Assembly: GCF_006345805.1 (NCBI RefSeq)
Contig: NC_043003.1
Location: 12,214,001 to 12,278,000 of the forward strand
DNA: 64,000 nucleotides
Direction of reading: 5' to 3'
Source of the DNA: Octopus sinensis
Taxonomy: Eukaryota
Shown one piece after another: positions 49,756 through 63,552 of the stretch. The notes under the pieces were generated by a model. It ran no database searches, was not told where the DNA came from, and saw nothing but the letters and a program-made list of their open reading frames with translations. How positions within the stretch are numbered: the stretch's first letter is position 1; every line of letters starts with the position of its first letter. A program made the translations under genes and the position numbers.

Positions 49756-51323
49756 GTGTATCTCTCTCTCTCTCTCTAATATATATATCACCATCATCAT
49801 CATAATTTATTGGCCGTTGTCCATGGGTTGGATGGTTTGACCAGGGCTAGTAAGCTGGAAGGCATGGTTTTCTACGGCTGGATGCCCTTCCTAGCACCAA
49901 CCACTTTGCAGAGTGTAATGGGTGCTTTTGCATAACACCAGTATCTACCATGATTGCAATTTTGCTTGGCTTGATGAGTTTTCTTCTCAAGCACGACATA
50001 ATGCCAAAGGTCTCAGTCAATGCCTTCATGAGGCCCAACATTCGAAAGGAACTCAGCTACTTTGCCTCCCTGAGGCCAAATGCTCAAAATAAACTCATCC
50101 ACTTTGCCTCTGTTAGGCCCAGTGCTTGAAAGGGACTCAGCCACTTTGTCTCTGTGAGCCCCAACATTCAAAAGGAATCAGAAGCTTAGCCTCCATGGAC
50201 AAGAAGCATTACTACCCATTCTACACAGCATCTTCCTTGGATAATTGACCTGCAACTGTAACATCCTACATATATTTTCACTTTTATTTTTATACTTCCT
50301 ATAACCATCCTTTTCCAAAATAACTCCTTATATTGAAATGTACTATTTCCCTCTTAGTTAACTCTTTCATATCATTTCTGTTGAAGGGATATCCCTAATA
50401 TTCAAGAAACAGCTGTAAGACTACCTTTCTCTTCATAAATGTCCTATAAATTCCACACAGTCTTGTTTTTGTTGTCTCATTTTATTTAACATATATATGT
50501 ATATTTGCATATGTGTGTTTTTGTATCTCCTTGTCTTGATACCATGTAATAGTTGTAAATGACTATCACTGTCCTACAAGCAGTGTCATTCATTTCCAGT
50601 ATGTCTGGCCATAGGGAAATATTGGTTTCCTTGGAAACATGCGAGGGTTGGCAATAGGGAGGGCATCTGGATGTAGAAAATCTGTCTTGACAAACTCTGT
50701 GAGACACATGCAAGCATGGAAAAGTGGGCATTAAATGATATTTCTATACATTTATACATAAGCATTTGTGTAAATGTGTGTGTGAGAGAGTGAGTGAAAG
50801 AGAGTGTGTGTGTGAGAGAGAGAGTGAGTGAGAGAGAGTGTGTGTGAGAGAGAGAGTGAGAGTCTGTGTGTGAATATACATATATGGTAATACTCAAATG
50901 CCACACACAAAACTCATATGAATATTATTAATTATGTATATGTAATATTCTTTTCTACTCTAGGCACAAGGCCTGAAATTTTGGGGGAGGGACCAGTCAA
51001 TTAGATTGACTGCAACTGGTACTTAATTTGTTGACCCTGAAAGGATGAAAGGCAAAGTCGACCTTGGTGGAATTTGAACTCAGAACATAAAGTTAGATGA
51101 TGATTCTGTCAGCTAGCCGCTTTATATGTATATATTTAATATTGACAAAGGTTTGATAGAACATGCAAATGAAATAGAAGTCAATACATAGTTTGAAAAG
51201 AGCCATGCATGCACGAAACTCTTGGCCCTGAGTTACTTTTGTGACTTTCTGCTGATTAAAAATAATAAAAAAAGTGTATATACATGTGAATGTATGTGTG
51301 TGTGTATATATATATATATATAT

Positions 51324-53709
51324 GTATTTCGGATTGCTAGACAGTGTGTGAGAGAAAATAGTGATGTTACAGGAGAGAAATTTGTCCGCATGGATGATGG
51401 GGCACTTGCTTTTAATGTTGGTGAAAAGAAAGATGCTTGGAGAAGCCATTATGAAAGACTGCTGAACGTGGAGAATGAATCGGAGGAGGAGAGCCTGCCA
51501 AATGTTGACCCAGTAGAGGGACCAGCTATCCGAATAGATGGCTCCCTAGTAGATAAAGCAATTAAGGATATGAAACCGGGTAAAGCCCCCGGCCCATCAG
51601 GAATTACTGCTGAGATGCTTAAAACAGCTGGCTATGTGGGCCTAGTCACCCGCATTGTAAACCAGGTAGTTCATAATGGAGTCATACCCAATGACTAGCG
51701 TGGCAGCACCATAGTCAACTGCTACAAGGGTAAGGGTGATGCTCTAGATAGAAATAACTACAGGGGTATTAAACTGTTGGATGAGGTGATGAAGGTCACA
51801 GAGAGGGTCATAACCCATCTCATTAGGAAGAGAATTTGCTTAGATGAGATGCAGTTCGGTTTTGTGCCGGGTAGAAGCACCACTGATGCTATATTCCTGG
51901 TCCGACAACTGCAGGAGAAGTACCTAGCTAAAGATAAACCCCTCTACATAGCTTTTGTGGACTTGGAGAAAGCCTTTGACAGGGTTCCCCGATCCCTTAT
52001 CTGGTGGTCGATGCGGAAACTGGAGATTGACGAATGTCTAATAAGGGCTGTACAGGCTCTATACAGAGAGGCTGTCAGCAAGGTTAGGATTGGCAATGAA
52101 TATAGTGAAGAATTCCGGGTAGAAGTAGCTGTACACCAAGGCTCAGCCCTCAGTCCCCTTTTATTCATCATAGTCCTCCAGGCAATAACAGAGGAATTCA
52201 AAACAGGTTGCCCCTGGGAGCTCCTCGATGCTGATGACCTGGCTCTCATAGCAGAATCACTACCGGAACTAGAAAAGAAATTTCGGGTGTGGAAACAAGG
52301 GTTAGAATCAAAGGGCCTTAGAGTAAATGTAGCGAAGACCAAAGTTATAGTAAGCAGAAAGGCGAACTCAGCACACACCCCATCGGGCAGGTGGCCCTGC
52401 TCAATCTGTAGGAAAGGTGTAGGTAGAAACTCCATAAGATGCACCCAGTGTAAGCTATGGACACATAACAGGTGCAGCAACATCAAAGGGAAATTAACTG
52501 ATAAGATAGCTTTCATGTGCGGCAGATGCACAGGGACAATAGACACCACAAATACTCAGAAAACAGATTCCATCACACTCCAGGGGGAGAAACTAGAAGT
52601 AGTTGATAGTTTCCGCTACCTGGGTGACCAAGTTAGTAGTAGAGGTGGATGCTCAGAGAGTGTCACCACTAGAATACGAATAGCCTGGGCAAAGTTTAGA
52701 AAGCTCCTACCCCTACTGGCGACAAAGGGTCTTTCACTCAGAGTGAAAGGTAGATTGTATGATGCATATGTGCGAACTGCCATGCTTCACGGTAGTGAAA
52801 CATGGGCCGTGACTGCAGAGGACATGCGTAGACTTGAAAGAAAGGAAGTTAGCATGATCCGCTGGATGTGTAATGTCAGTGTGAATGCACGACAGAGTTT
52901 AAGCACCCTGAGAGAAATGCTAGACATAAGACGCATCAGATGTGGTATGCAAGAGCGACGCTTGCGATGTTATGGTCATGTGCTGCGGATGGATGAGGAG
53001 AGATGTGTGAAGAAGTGCCGCTCCCAAACAGTTGAAGGAATCAGGGGGAGAGGTAGACCCAGGAAGACATGGGATGAGGTAGTCAAGCATGACCTCAGAG
53101 TGTTGGGCCTCACTGAGGCAATGGTGAAGGACCGAGATCTCTGGAGATGTGCTGTGGCTACAAAGGCCCGGGAATCTCCCGGCACCAGTTCTGCATAGCC
53201 CCTGCCCATTCAAAGTACCTTGGATCCCGGAACATCTCGCTGTGCTTGAGGAGACCTGTTGAGTCAAGTGCATGTACATGAACATCGAAACAAATATCAA
53301 TGGAAATAGTAGTTGTGATACCTGTGCTGGTGGCACATTAAAAACACCATCTGAACGTGGCCGATGCCAGCGCCGCCTCGACTGGCTTCTGTGCTGGTGG
53401 CACATAAAAAGCACCATCCAAACGTGGCCAGTGCCAGCGCCGCCTTGGCTGGCTTCCGTGCCGGTGGCACGTTAAAAGCACCAGCCGATCGTGGCCGATG
53501 CCAGACCCTCCTGGCACCTGTGCAGGTAGCACGTAAAAAGCACCCACTACACCCGCGAAGTGGTTGGTGTTAGGAAGGGCATCCAGCTGTAGAAACACTG
53601 CCAGATGAGACTGGAGCCTGGTGCAGCCCTGGCTTCCCAGACCCTGGTCGAACCGTCCAACCCGTGCTAGTGCGGAAAACGGACGTTAAACGATGATGAT
53701 GATGATGAT
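51324..53709 (+). pseudogene. RTE-clade LINE, 5'-truncated (no endonuclease): RT ORF to 53198, ~510-bp 3' UTR, (GAT)n tail
   Basis: ORFs 51222-51698 and 51777-53198 are in one frame, separated by a single TAG (51696-98, W codon position). QFGF, FVDLEKAFD, VHQGSALSPLLF, DADD (Y to D in YADD), SFRYLG. Confidence 0.95.
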
Positions 53710-53746
53710 ATATATATGTATATATATGTATATATATATATGTGCT

Positions 53747-53807
<61 letters not shown>

Positions 53808-54425
53808 CTCTTTTACTCTTTTACTCTTACTTGTTTCAGTCATTTAACTGCGGCCATGCTGAAGCACCGCCTTTAGTCGAGCAAATCGACCCCAGGACTT
53901 ATTCTTTGTAAACCCAGTACTTATTCTGTCGGTCTCTTTTGCCGAACCGCTAAGTGACGGGGACGTAAACATACCAGCATCGGTTGTCAAGCAATGCTAG
54001 GGGGACAAACACAGACACACAAACACACACACACACATATATATAAACATATATACGACAGGCTTCTTTCAGTTTCCGTCTACCAAATCCACTCACAAGG
54101 CATTGGTCGGCCCGGGGCTGTAGCAGAAGACACTTGCCCAAGATGCCACGCAGTGGGACTGAACCCGGAACCATGTGGATGGTTAGCAAGCTACTTACCA
54201 CATAGCCACTCCTGCGCCTATATATATATTCTTTTACTTGTTTCAGTCATTTGACTGTGACCATGCTGGAGCACCACCTTTAGTTGAAAACATCAACCCC
54301 AGGACTTACTCTTTGTAAGCTTAGTGCTTATTCTATCAGTCTCTTTTGCCGAACTGCTAAGTTACAGGGGTGTAAACACACCAATGTTGGTTGTCAAGCG
54401 ATGGTGGGGAGACAAACACAAATAC
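53808..54425 (-). mobile_element. SINE A full copy (53808-54220) plus 3' half copy (54230-54425)
   Basis: Shares diagnostic variants with 58692-59101 (young subfamily, CpG-rich). Confidence 0.9.
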
Positions 54426-54433
54426 ATATATCA

Positions 54434-54497
<64 letters not shown>

Positions 54498-54543
54498 TTG
54501 GATTGTTGGTATGGCTGTGGAATAGTATTATAATGCATCCTTT

Positions 54544-54595
<52 letters not shown>

Positions 54596-54790
54596 ACATG
54601 TATACATGTATACATATATATATGTATATATTTATACATGTGTGTGTGTTTATATATATATATATACATGTATACATGTATACATATATATATGTATATA
54701 TTTATACATGTGTGTGTGTTTATATATATATATATGTGTATATGTATGTATATATATATTATGTGTGTGTTTACATATATATGTATCTTT

Positions 54791-54826
<36 letters not shown>

Positions 54827-55222
54827 CATACACATACATACTTATGTGTGCATGTTTCTATATAAATGCGTACATACATATATACAAAATCAGTTATGTC
54901 TATGTATGTGCATATGTATATGCATATGTATATGTGTGTGTGTATAGTGATTTGTGATTGTTATAAGTGCAGACGTATCAGCTAGTGTGCCTGAATGAAC
55001 AAGCAGGGTAGTCACTGCCACTCGTTTTCAATTAGCTGCTAAGGTTTCCTCTGAAGGCATCAGTTAGCATCTGACAGTAGCTTATGCTGTGGTAGTGTTT
55101 ATTGGAATTAAAATGTGGGATAGGAAGGGGGAGTGAGAGAGACAGAGAGAGAGAGAGAGAGAGGGAAAGAGAAAGAAAAACACATCTGTTAAACAGAGAT
55201 TTATAGTGAAGCTATAGCATAG

Positions 55223-55402
55223 GCCATTTCAACCATGCCAACTCCCCCTGTTCCTGCAAAGGCTGGAGTTCTGAGGACCTGGACGGCTACTCTGAATCTT
55301 CCATTTTCTTCATCAAGGATGGATCGCAGTCGTTATAGCTACTTATATTACTACAATCAAACATTACCACGACGTAGTTCTAAAAGATTGCAAGCTCTAC
55401 AG
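55223..55402 (+). CDS. Probable coding exon (AISTMPTPPVPAKAGVLRTWTATLNLPFSSSRMDRSRYSYLYYYNQTLPRRSSKRLQALQ); internal phase 0/0 or first exon from ATG 55235
   Basis: Strong donor CAG|GTAAGG, 180-bp open frame, CpG retained, non-repetitive; acceptor CATAG|G lacks a good pyrimidine tract. Confidence 0.55.
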
Positions 55403-58293
55403 GTAAGGGGTGGAGAAATCTTTCAAAAAAATATATTTATTTTCATAATTTCTATAACTCTTCTTTATAGGATAACACACGAATGCATGCACACATACAC
55501 ACACTAACTCAAATATATGTGTGCATGTAACTCTCACCCACACATACACCACCAGTTCACTCAGTTATGCAGAGTTCTTGCTTCTTTTTGATTGGAAATT
55601 ACATATTCATATCTATATCTTATAAAATTGCTCTCCTCAAACTTTTCCTTTTGTTTGTACATATTCATAATTATGTTTCTTATATATCTCTTTTTAACTA
55701 AATACATGTGTGAGAGTATATCTACATATAAAATATATGTATTGTGTTTGTGAGTGTGTCCCAGGCAGTGGAGATCCACAAGTTTTAAAAAAGATAAGCT
55801 GTGTCTGGCAACTTAGAATAAAGAACCCAAAGATGAATCTGAGGGTTATTAAACATTTAATCCCTAGTTATTAGTCCAACAAAATATATTTTGTTTCATC
55901 TATCTCTCTTTGAGAACATACATACTATATACATGTGTGTGTGTGTGTGTGTCTCTGTCTGTGTGTGTATTTTCCTCTCAAAAGTATTTCATATGAATTT
56001 ACTTGAATATGTATCTTCTACTTAATTATATTGTTTTATTAATTTCTTTTCTTTTAAACTTATTGTTTTGTAAAAAGTTGGCAAAAATACAAACAGAAGT
56101 TTTCTGAAAAAGAAAAAATTTCCTTTTCTGATGTATGTAATAATTGGAATTAAATAGCCAAGTGAAAACTACAGCTAGGCTGATCTGAACTACAACTAAT
56201 TTAAATTGGTCTGGTTCTTAGAATCAGTTGAAATTAAGGATTTTTATAAGGTATACTGTCTTGATAATTTCTTTTTTCTATAGATGGAAATAAAGTGATT
56301 ATTTTTTTCATGTTGAATAAATATCTTTTGAAGCCCTGCTACAACCACCATACGCCTGGAAATATCCCACAAACTTGCTCAGTAAATAGTTAAAATTATT
56401 TAATATCCCCATCAATGAATAATTGAACATGTTGAATTTAGCTGAAAAAGAAATGGAAGATGTATTGTTCATTCCTTTCCTAGATACATGAATATAGTGG
56501 GGGAAAAAATACACTTAGATACTGAAACCATTCAGCTAAACTTCATTGCCTTTCATTCTACAGTACTTTGTGTGAGTGTGTGTGTGTGTGTGTATTGGTA
56601 TGCATTTATAAGCACACACAGCACACACAGGCATGAAAATGTCTATGTATCCTATCATTGATTATATTATAACTGTCAGTCTGTCTGTCTCTCTTTCTCT
56701 AGTTTCACCATTGTTTTGAAAACTTATTTCACGGAAGTAGTTCTCTTTACGTCACATCTTCCTTACAATAGCTTTTCTTTTCTTATCATATAGTTTTTTT
56801 TTTTTTTCATTTCCAGTTTAGATAGTCTACACTTGTAGATGTTAACTTATATTTTTCATTCTCTCTCTCTCTCTGAGATTAACTAACTCACCAATGTATT
56901 TAGTAATAATAATTCTTTCTAGTTTTGGCACAAGGCCAGCAATTTTGAAGGTATGGATGAGTTCATTACATGGATCCCCATTGCTCAATTATTACTTATT
57001 TTACCAACCCCAAAAGGATGAAAGACCAAGTTTACCTCAGCAGCATTTGAACTCAGAACATCAAGAGTCAGAAAAAATGCCACTAAGAAGTTTGTCCAGT
57101 GTGTTACCAATTCTGCTAGTTTGCTACCTTAGTAATAATAATTAACCAAGAAAGAACTAAGGGGTTTCTAAGAGATTTTAAATTCAGAGCATTTTAACCC
57201 TAAGAATCAGGAACCTATTTCTTTTTAAACATTGTATCTTATCACTCAGCATTTCCTCCAAAACATCTATTATTTTAATTCTTTAGTCTTCCTCCTTTTT
57301 ATTTATTATCTTTTGTCCCATAAGAATAGTGTTTTTTTCTTTTTTGATTCTGATGAAGAATTGGCCTTCTGCTGATTATCTGATTCCACGAAATACGTTA
57401 AACAGACACACACTCCTTTAAGTCATGTATTTGTTTTACATCTGTTTTTCCATGCTTGCATGGGTTAGATGAATATATTATTGTGGAATTGTTTATAGCT
57501 TAATGCCATTCCTCCAACTAAATGCTTTCCTTAACATCAACTCTTTCACAGAGTGTACACCATACATTTTACCTTAGCTCCAGCTCTAGATAGGTTGTCA
57601 TATCTTTGGCAGAACAAAAGTATTCTCTTTGCTCTTCATTGTCTCTATTCAAGTTCCAGCTGTTTTACGTGCCCTGGTACATATTTTTTATGTTCCCAGC
57701 ATTGGAGAGATTACCTTTTACTGTGTACACTAAGGAGTCTTCTCTATACATAACATCTGTTCTTTTCAGTTATGGGTCCGATGAGTGTGAAAGAGAAGAG
57801 TGCGTATGAGTGTCATGGAGAGGAAACAAAATGATAGGGTGGTAGGAGAGGTGGCAGAGGAGGAAAAAGTGATAGTTACAAGTTGGAGTTCTGAGCAGAA
57901 AAAGACAGCATCTGTTGCTGAATGGGATTGCAATTGAGATGTGTTATTGTGTGTGTGTGTGTGAGAGAGAGAGCAGAAAAAATGGGTGATGTTAAGGGTG
58001 ATAGGAAAGGAGTTAGAGGTCAACTTTGCCTTTCATCTTTTGGGGTCAATAAATTAGGTACCAGTTGCATACTGGGGGTCGATCTAATCGACTGACCCCT
58101 TCCCCAAAAGTTTCAGGCTTTGTGCCTAGAGTAGAAAAGAATATGAGAGAGGCAGTGTTAGCAACACATTGGTTGTTAGGGGAAATGTAATGGATTGAAA
58201 ACTGGTATGAGTTGTGAGATGGGAGAGCAATAAATATGTATCAAAATGCAAGACTTAAAGGAGTTTGTGCCTGTTTAATGTATCAAAATGCAA

Positions 58294-58499
58294 CAGGGTG
58301 CAGCAGAAATAACACCCTTTTGTTTTTGAGTTTTCTAGTTTCTAATGGAGTTTTTTTTTTGCGGTATTTTTCATTAGTTTATTATTCGTTTCTTTAAGTA
58401 ATGCAATTAATTTGTGTTCAATAAAAAATTACTTGATAAACATTTATATACTATAAAAGTTATTAAATGCAAAAAGGGTGTTATTTCTGCTGCACCCTG
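58294..58499. mobile_element. Tc1/mariner-type MITE
   Basis: Perfect ~28-bp TIR CAGGGTGCAGCAGAAATAACACCCTTTT; TA on the right, AA on the left. Confidence 0.85.
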
Positions 58500-58691
58500 T
58501 ATATGTGTATGTGTGTGGAAACTGAAAGAAGCTTGTTATAGATGTGTATGTGTGTGTATTCATGTTGCCTTGTCTTGACATTCCATGCTGATTGCAAAGA
58601 TCATCATACAAGCAGTGTCAGTCATGTTTGATGGGAATCATAGAGCTTTAAATGTGCATATTTTTATATGCATACAGATGCATATGCATAT

Positions 58692-58899
58692 ACTCTTTAC
58701 TCTTTTACTTGTTTCAGTCATTTGACTGCGGCCATGCTGGAGCACCGCCTTTAGTCGAGCAAATCGACCCTGGGACTTATTCTTTGTAAGCCCAGTACGT
58801 ATTCTGTCGGTCTCTTTTGCCGAACCGCTAAGTGACGGGGACGTAAACACACCAGCATCGGTTGTCAAGCAATGCTAGGGGGACAACACCGACACACAA

Positions 58900-58930
<31 letters not shown>

Positions 58931-59101
58931 CATATATACGACAGGCTTCTTTCAGTTTCCGTCTACCAAATCCACTCACAAGACATTGGTCGGCCCGGGG
59001 CTATAGCAGAAGACACTTGCCCAAGATGCCACGCAGTGGGACTGAACCCGGAACCATGTGGCTGGTTAGCAAGCTACTTACCACACAGCCGCTCCTGCGC
59101 C
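58692..59101 (-). mobile_element. Full-length young SINE A
   Basis: Complete head to (TAAAAGAG)n tail, CpG intact. Confidence 0.9.
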
Positions 59102-59105
59102 TATG

Positions 59106-59141
<36 letters not shown>

Positions 59142-60111
59142 GCAACACATATATATATATTTACACACACACAAGATAAATAGATAAAACCCTTTTTTTT
59201 TTAATATCAGTGTGATCATAACAGGGAAAAAGTTACTAACCTGTCTTCTCTTCAAATAATTTGCTTACAAAAGTTTCTTTCTTGTGGAAAGTTTCAAGTG
59301 ACACTTTTTTTTGATTTTCTCATAAATAGCCATTAATTTTTTAATTATTATGTTTCGTTGTATCTGGTTTCAATTTCCATTCATAACAACTGTTTTTCGC
59401 TCTTGGAAATGTTTTGAATAATAGTTGTTATTTCTTATATATTTTGAGGACCAGAGTCATCAGGTTCTTTTGCTTGTATTCTATTCCCCAGGGTGGTATT
59501 TTGGTAGAATCATTGGTGTACTGAAAGAAATGCCTTGTATTTAGATATAGCTTTTTCTTACTTGTATCTTGTTCTCATTCTCTCCATTTTCATTTTTAAT
59601 GGAGCTTTTTGCTAAGTAACGGATTATATTACATCATTTTGTTGTATCTTGGAAGGGTCATTAAACCAATAATGAACACATACACTGGTTCAATTTCACT
59701 TCTTTATTATTCTTCAACAATTGATTAGGTATTTAACTAACTAATCAATTGTTTGATTAATCATTCAGTTAATCAGTCAGTTGTATTTGTCAAACCCCTT
59801 CTATCTCCATTCATGACCTCTTTAATGACATGCCCTCTCTACCCCAGGTCACTTTCCTACCTGACTGTCTTTTAGTCTTGGGTTTAATATTTATGTTGTA
59901 TGGCTGTGACTGGGAATGCATGCAAGGAGAGAGTGTGTGCATGTGTGTGTTTTGATGGGGGTGGAGTGGGGTTGTAGTTCATTCTCTTTGTGCATTAGAG
60001 AGAGGAGGTGAGGGAGGACACAAAACAAGAGAATACAAAACAATAAACATAAACTATTACAACATAATATAACCACTCCACATTGAATTCAAGAAACAAA
60101 GATATGGAATA

Positions 60112-62956
60112 CAGGCATGGCTGTGTGGCAAGAAGCTTGCTTCCCAACCACATGGTTCTGAGTTCCATCCCACAGCGAGGCACCTTAGGCAAGTGTCTTC
60201 TACTATAACCTTAGGCTGACCAAAGCTTTGTGAGTGGATTTGGGAGAAGAAACTGAAAGAAGTCTTTCAGGGATATTCTTGGATATGTGTGTGTGCGTGT
60301 ATTTATGTATTTCTGTGTGTGTGTCTTTGTGTCGGTGTTTGTCCCCCAACCTTTGACAACCGATATTGGTGTGTTTATGTTTCCATAATTTAGTGGTTCA
60401 TCAAAAGTAACTGATAGAATAAAGTACCAAGCTTTCTAAGAATAAGTCCTGGGGTCGATTTGTTCAACTAAAAGCAGTGTTCCAGTATGGCCACAGTCTG
60501 AAAGAATAATAAAATAAAAGAGTGGATTTTTGCACTTCATTTTATTTGCTTGAGATTTATTGATGCTTCTTGTAAATTTTATGAAGTCCAATAAATAGCA
60601 TTGTGTGTATAGAGTAAAAGTACTTAATAAAAGTCGATGAATGGTTGAGGTTTAAATGTATTGTTATTTCCTTCTTTGAAGTGATTTAATAGTTTGATTC
60701 TGTAACTTTAAAACAGATGAAGTTGATTTGTGATGTTAAGTTTTTTCCATACTTTCAACTGAAATATTGAAACAGGACTGATTTATATGAAACCTATATA
60801 AATATTCATTTTTACTGAATAATACACACACACACACACACACATGTATGTGTGTGTGTATCAAGACATGATAAGGAAGAAAGTAGAGTTACACATCCTC
60901 AAAATATATTTAATAAAAACCCATTTTCTTTATATTATGTTCTGACTCGTGTTTCTGCTGAATAAGTGTCTTAGGATCCTTTGATATAATAGTTGGTGCA
61001 TTTAATCAGTTTAAAATCCTTATTCCTTTGTGTTGTGTGTGTGTGTGAAGAGAGAGAGAGAGGAGGAGGAGGAAGAGAGAGAAAGACTGTTTCTGACATT
61101 ACATGCTGTTTGTTAACAAGCATCACCATCATACTCATCTGGTCATTGTGTTGATCTTTTTCAAAGATCTAATTGTAATATTATTTTACCTGGAAACATC
61201 TGAGAGTTAGTTACAGGAAGTGCACTTGGAGCCATAGAAAAATCTACACTATTTTTTTCTGATCCAACCCATGCAAACATGGAAAAGAGGATGATAGAAG
61301 CAATGGTGATAATTATTATTATTATATGAGATTTTATAAGCACTTGCATGGGACATAAGAGGTACAATACCTCTGATGAAAGTTGCCTGCCCTGTAACTG
61401 TTTTACTGATTCTACTATAGGACACTTGCCATCTCTTTCTTTCTGTCAAATTAATCAGACTCTTATTTAGGGAATAATAACTGCAAACTAGTTTATTTAG
61501 TGTACACCAGGGTCACCAATTTTTATTAAATGACTTAGTAAATGCCAATTTACACAAACTCAAAGTCTGTTATAGAAAAAAACGAGTCAGAGTTGTAACT
61601 TATAAGTTGGCATTTATGGGCACATGTCATATATGTGTCCATAAAGGTCACCAGCAAAAAATTCTTTTGAAGTTAATAATACAAGCTTTGTTGACTTGTG
61701 CCATCAAGTTCAAATTCTGTGTAACACTGAAGTATAGCTACTACAGTACAGAACTCCAGCAGTTGTCTGTAATATTGGATGGAGCCAGTTTTTTTCTACT
61801 GACAGTTACCATCTGACTTACTCTGCAGTATTCTCCCTAAGAGACTGTCACTCATACTATCACTTGATATACTGAATGATAAACATCTATATGTGACATA
61901 AATTAAAACATACATGCCTATAAATCAGTCATGTTTTTTACTGAATAATAAACAAGGTTAGGCCAGGTTACTGTAGGTTAATAAGATAAGTCAGTATGAT
62001 GGAAATCACACTGGCAGTTTTTTATTTTCTTTCTAGAAATTCAATTTGATTATGACTGATGTGTACTGCAATAAGTTTATATCCAATTTTTAATGTATGT
62101 TTTCTTGTGAAAACACTGACTTAATTCTTTAGCATTGAAACCAGCCATATCTAACTCGAATATTCCACCTGTTTTATGCTCAAACTGTCCAGATTCAGCC
62201 TCCCATATCAACCCACAATGTCATTCTTATTTCTTTATTGCCCACAAGGGGCTAAACATAGAGAGGACAAATAAAGACAGACAAAGGGATTAAGTCGATT
62301 ACATCGACCCCAGTGCACAACTGGTACTTAATTTATCGACCCCAAAGGATGAAAGGCAAAGTTGACTTTGGTGGAATTTGAACTCAGAACCCACAATGTC
62401 ATTCTAAAAGAATAAACAACCACGTCATAGAAATGTCAAAGCTTCTAGATAATGTGTGGTTAATTTAAAACCATGTGAATTAATAAGCATTACATTTGAT
62501 GCAGTAATCTGAATGCTAAAAAGTTAAGCTTGGATTTTTATAAAACTCTGAAGTTTTTCATTATACATTACAAAAATAAAAGTTTTTGGTAGAAAAGGTG
62601 AGGTCTCTGAAGTTTGACTTCAAAATTATGAGTTTGATGCTTCATATAAGTGTCATGGTGTCTCACATTGGAAAAGGCACAGTTGTTTCCTTATGTAATA
62701 AAAAATAAATGCACCCTTTTAAAGCCTAGCCAGGCTCATGGGCCCGGTTTCCCAGTTTCTATGGTGTATGCATTCCACAGCTGGACGGGACGCCAGTCCA
62801 TCACAGCGTTACTCATTTTTGCCAGCTGAGTGGACTGGAGCAATGTGAAATGAAGTGTTTTGCTCAAGAACGCAACGCGTCACCCTGTCCAGGAATCGAA
62901 ACCACAATCTTACGATCATGATGCTGACACCCTAGCCACTAAGCCACACGCCTCCA
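60112..62956. mobile_element. SINEs: A(+) ~60112-60510, C(-) ~62222-62390, B(-) ~62712-62956
   Basis: Family motifs. Confidence 0.8.
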
Positions 62957-63437
62957 TGTTTCCTTATGTAGTCTCCAATTATATTACATAATTCTAGACT
63001 CCATTCAGCTACCCTACATTGTGAATCATGGCTGTTCTTTGGGTTGTGGATAATACCCCATGGGTACAGACTCAGTTCTAAACAGAATTTACAGTTAATT
63101 TTCATTCAGACATTTTTTAAGTAATTCTTTTTTGTTAAATTCAGTTTCTCAATTTACAATTTTCATACTTAATACTTTTGTTCTTGTTAGTTTTCAACAG
63201 AAGCGTTTCTTACAGACTTGATTGGCACACTCATACATGTCTTGATTGGCATTCATCCATGTACATGTGAATGTATGCATGCATGTGCATGTAGGCATGA
63301 GCATGCATGCACATGTTTTGGGAATGTGCCCACCCTCCCACTCTATCTCTTTGCATCCCTATTACACACATGCAAGTACACATACATGAACCCTTAGGCA
63401 TATACACATGTATTTTCATACATACGCATGTACTTAG

Positions 63438-63552
63438 AAAATCACACTTGCACATATGCTTACCTACCCACAATCTCTAACTTATCGAGATTGCACAGAA
63501 CTGATTACAGTGTTGCAAGAAACATCAGTTTTGATTCCTAGAGGAGGAACAG
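63438..63552 (+). CDS. Weak candidate exon (KITLAHMLTYPQSLTYRDCTELITVLQETSVLIPRGGT-)
   Basis: GTACTTAG| with in-frame stop upstream, ACAG|GTTCAG donor; phase 0 start fits 55402. Splice signals are modest. Confidence 0.25.

Noticed and set aside
56284-56569. Possible terminal exon (MEIK*) or exon YMNIVGEKIHLDTETIQLNF
   Set aside because: Good acceptors, but the alternatives are mutually inconsistent in phase and too short to support without transcripts.
59491-59543. WYFGRI SH2-like hexapeptide after a strong acceptor
   Set aside because: The frame closes within a few codons, no SH2 continuation and no suitable donor.
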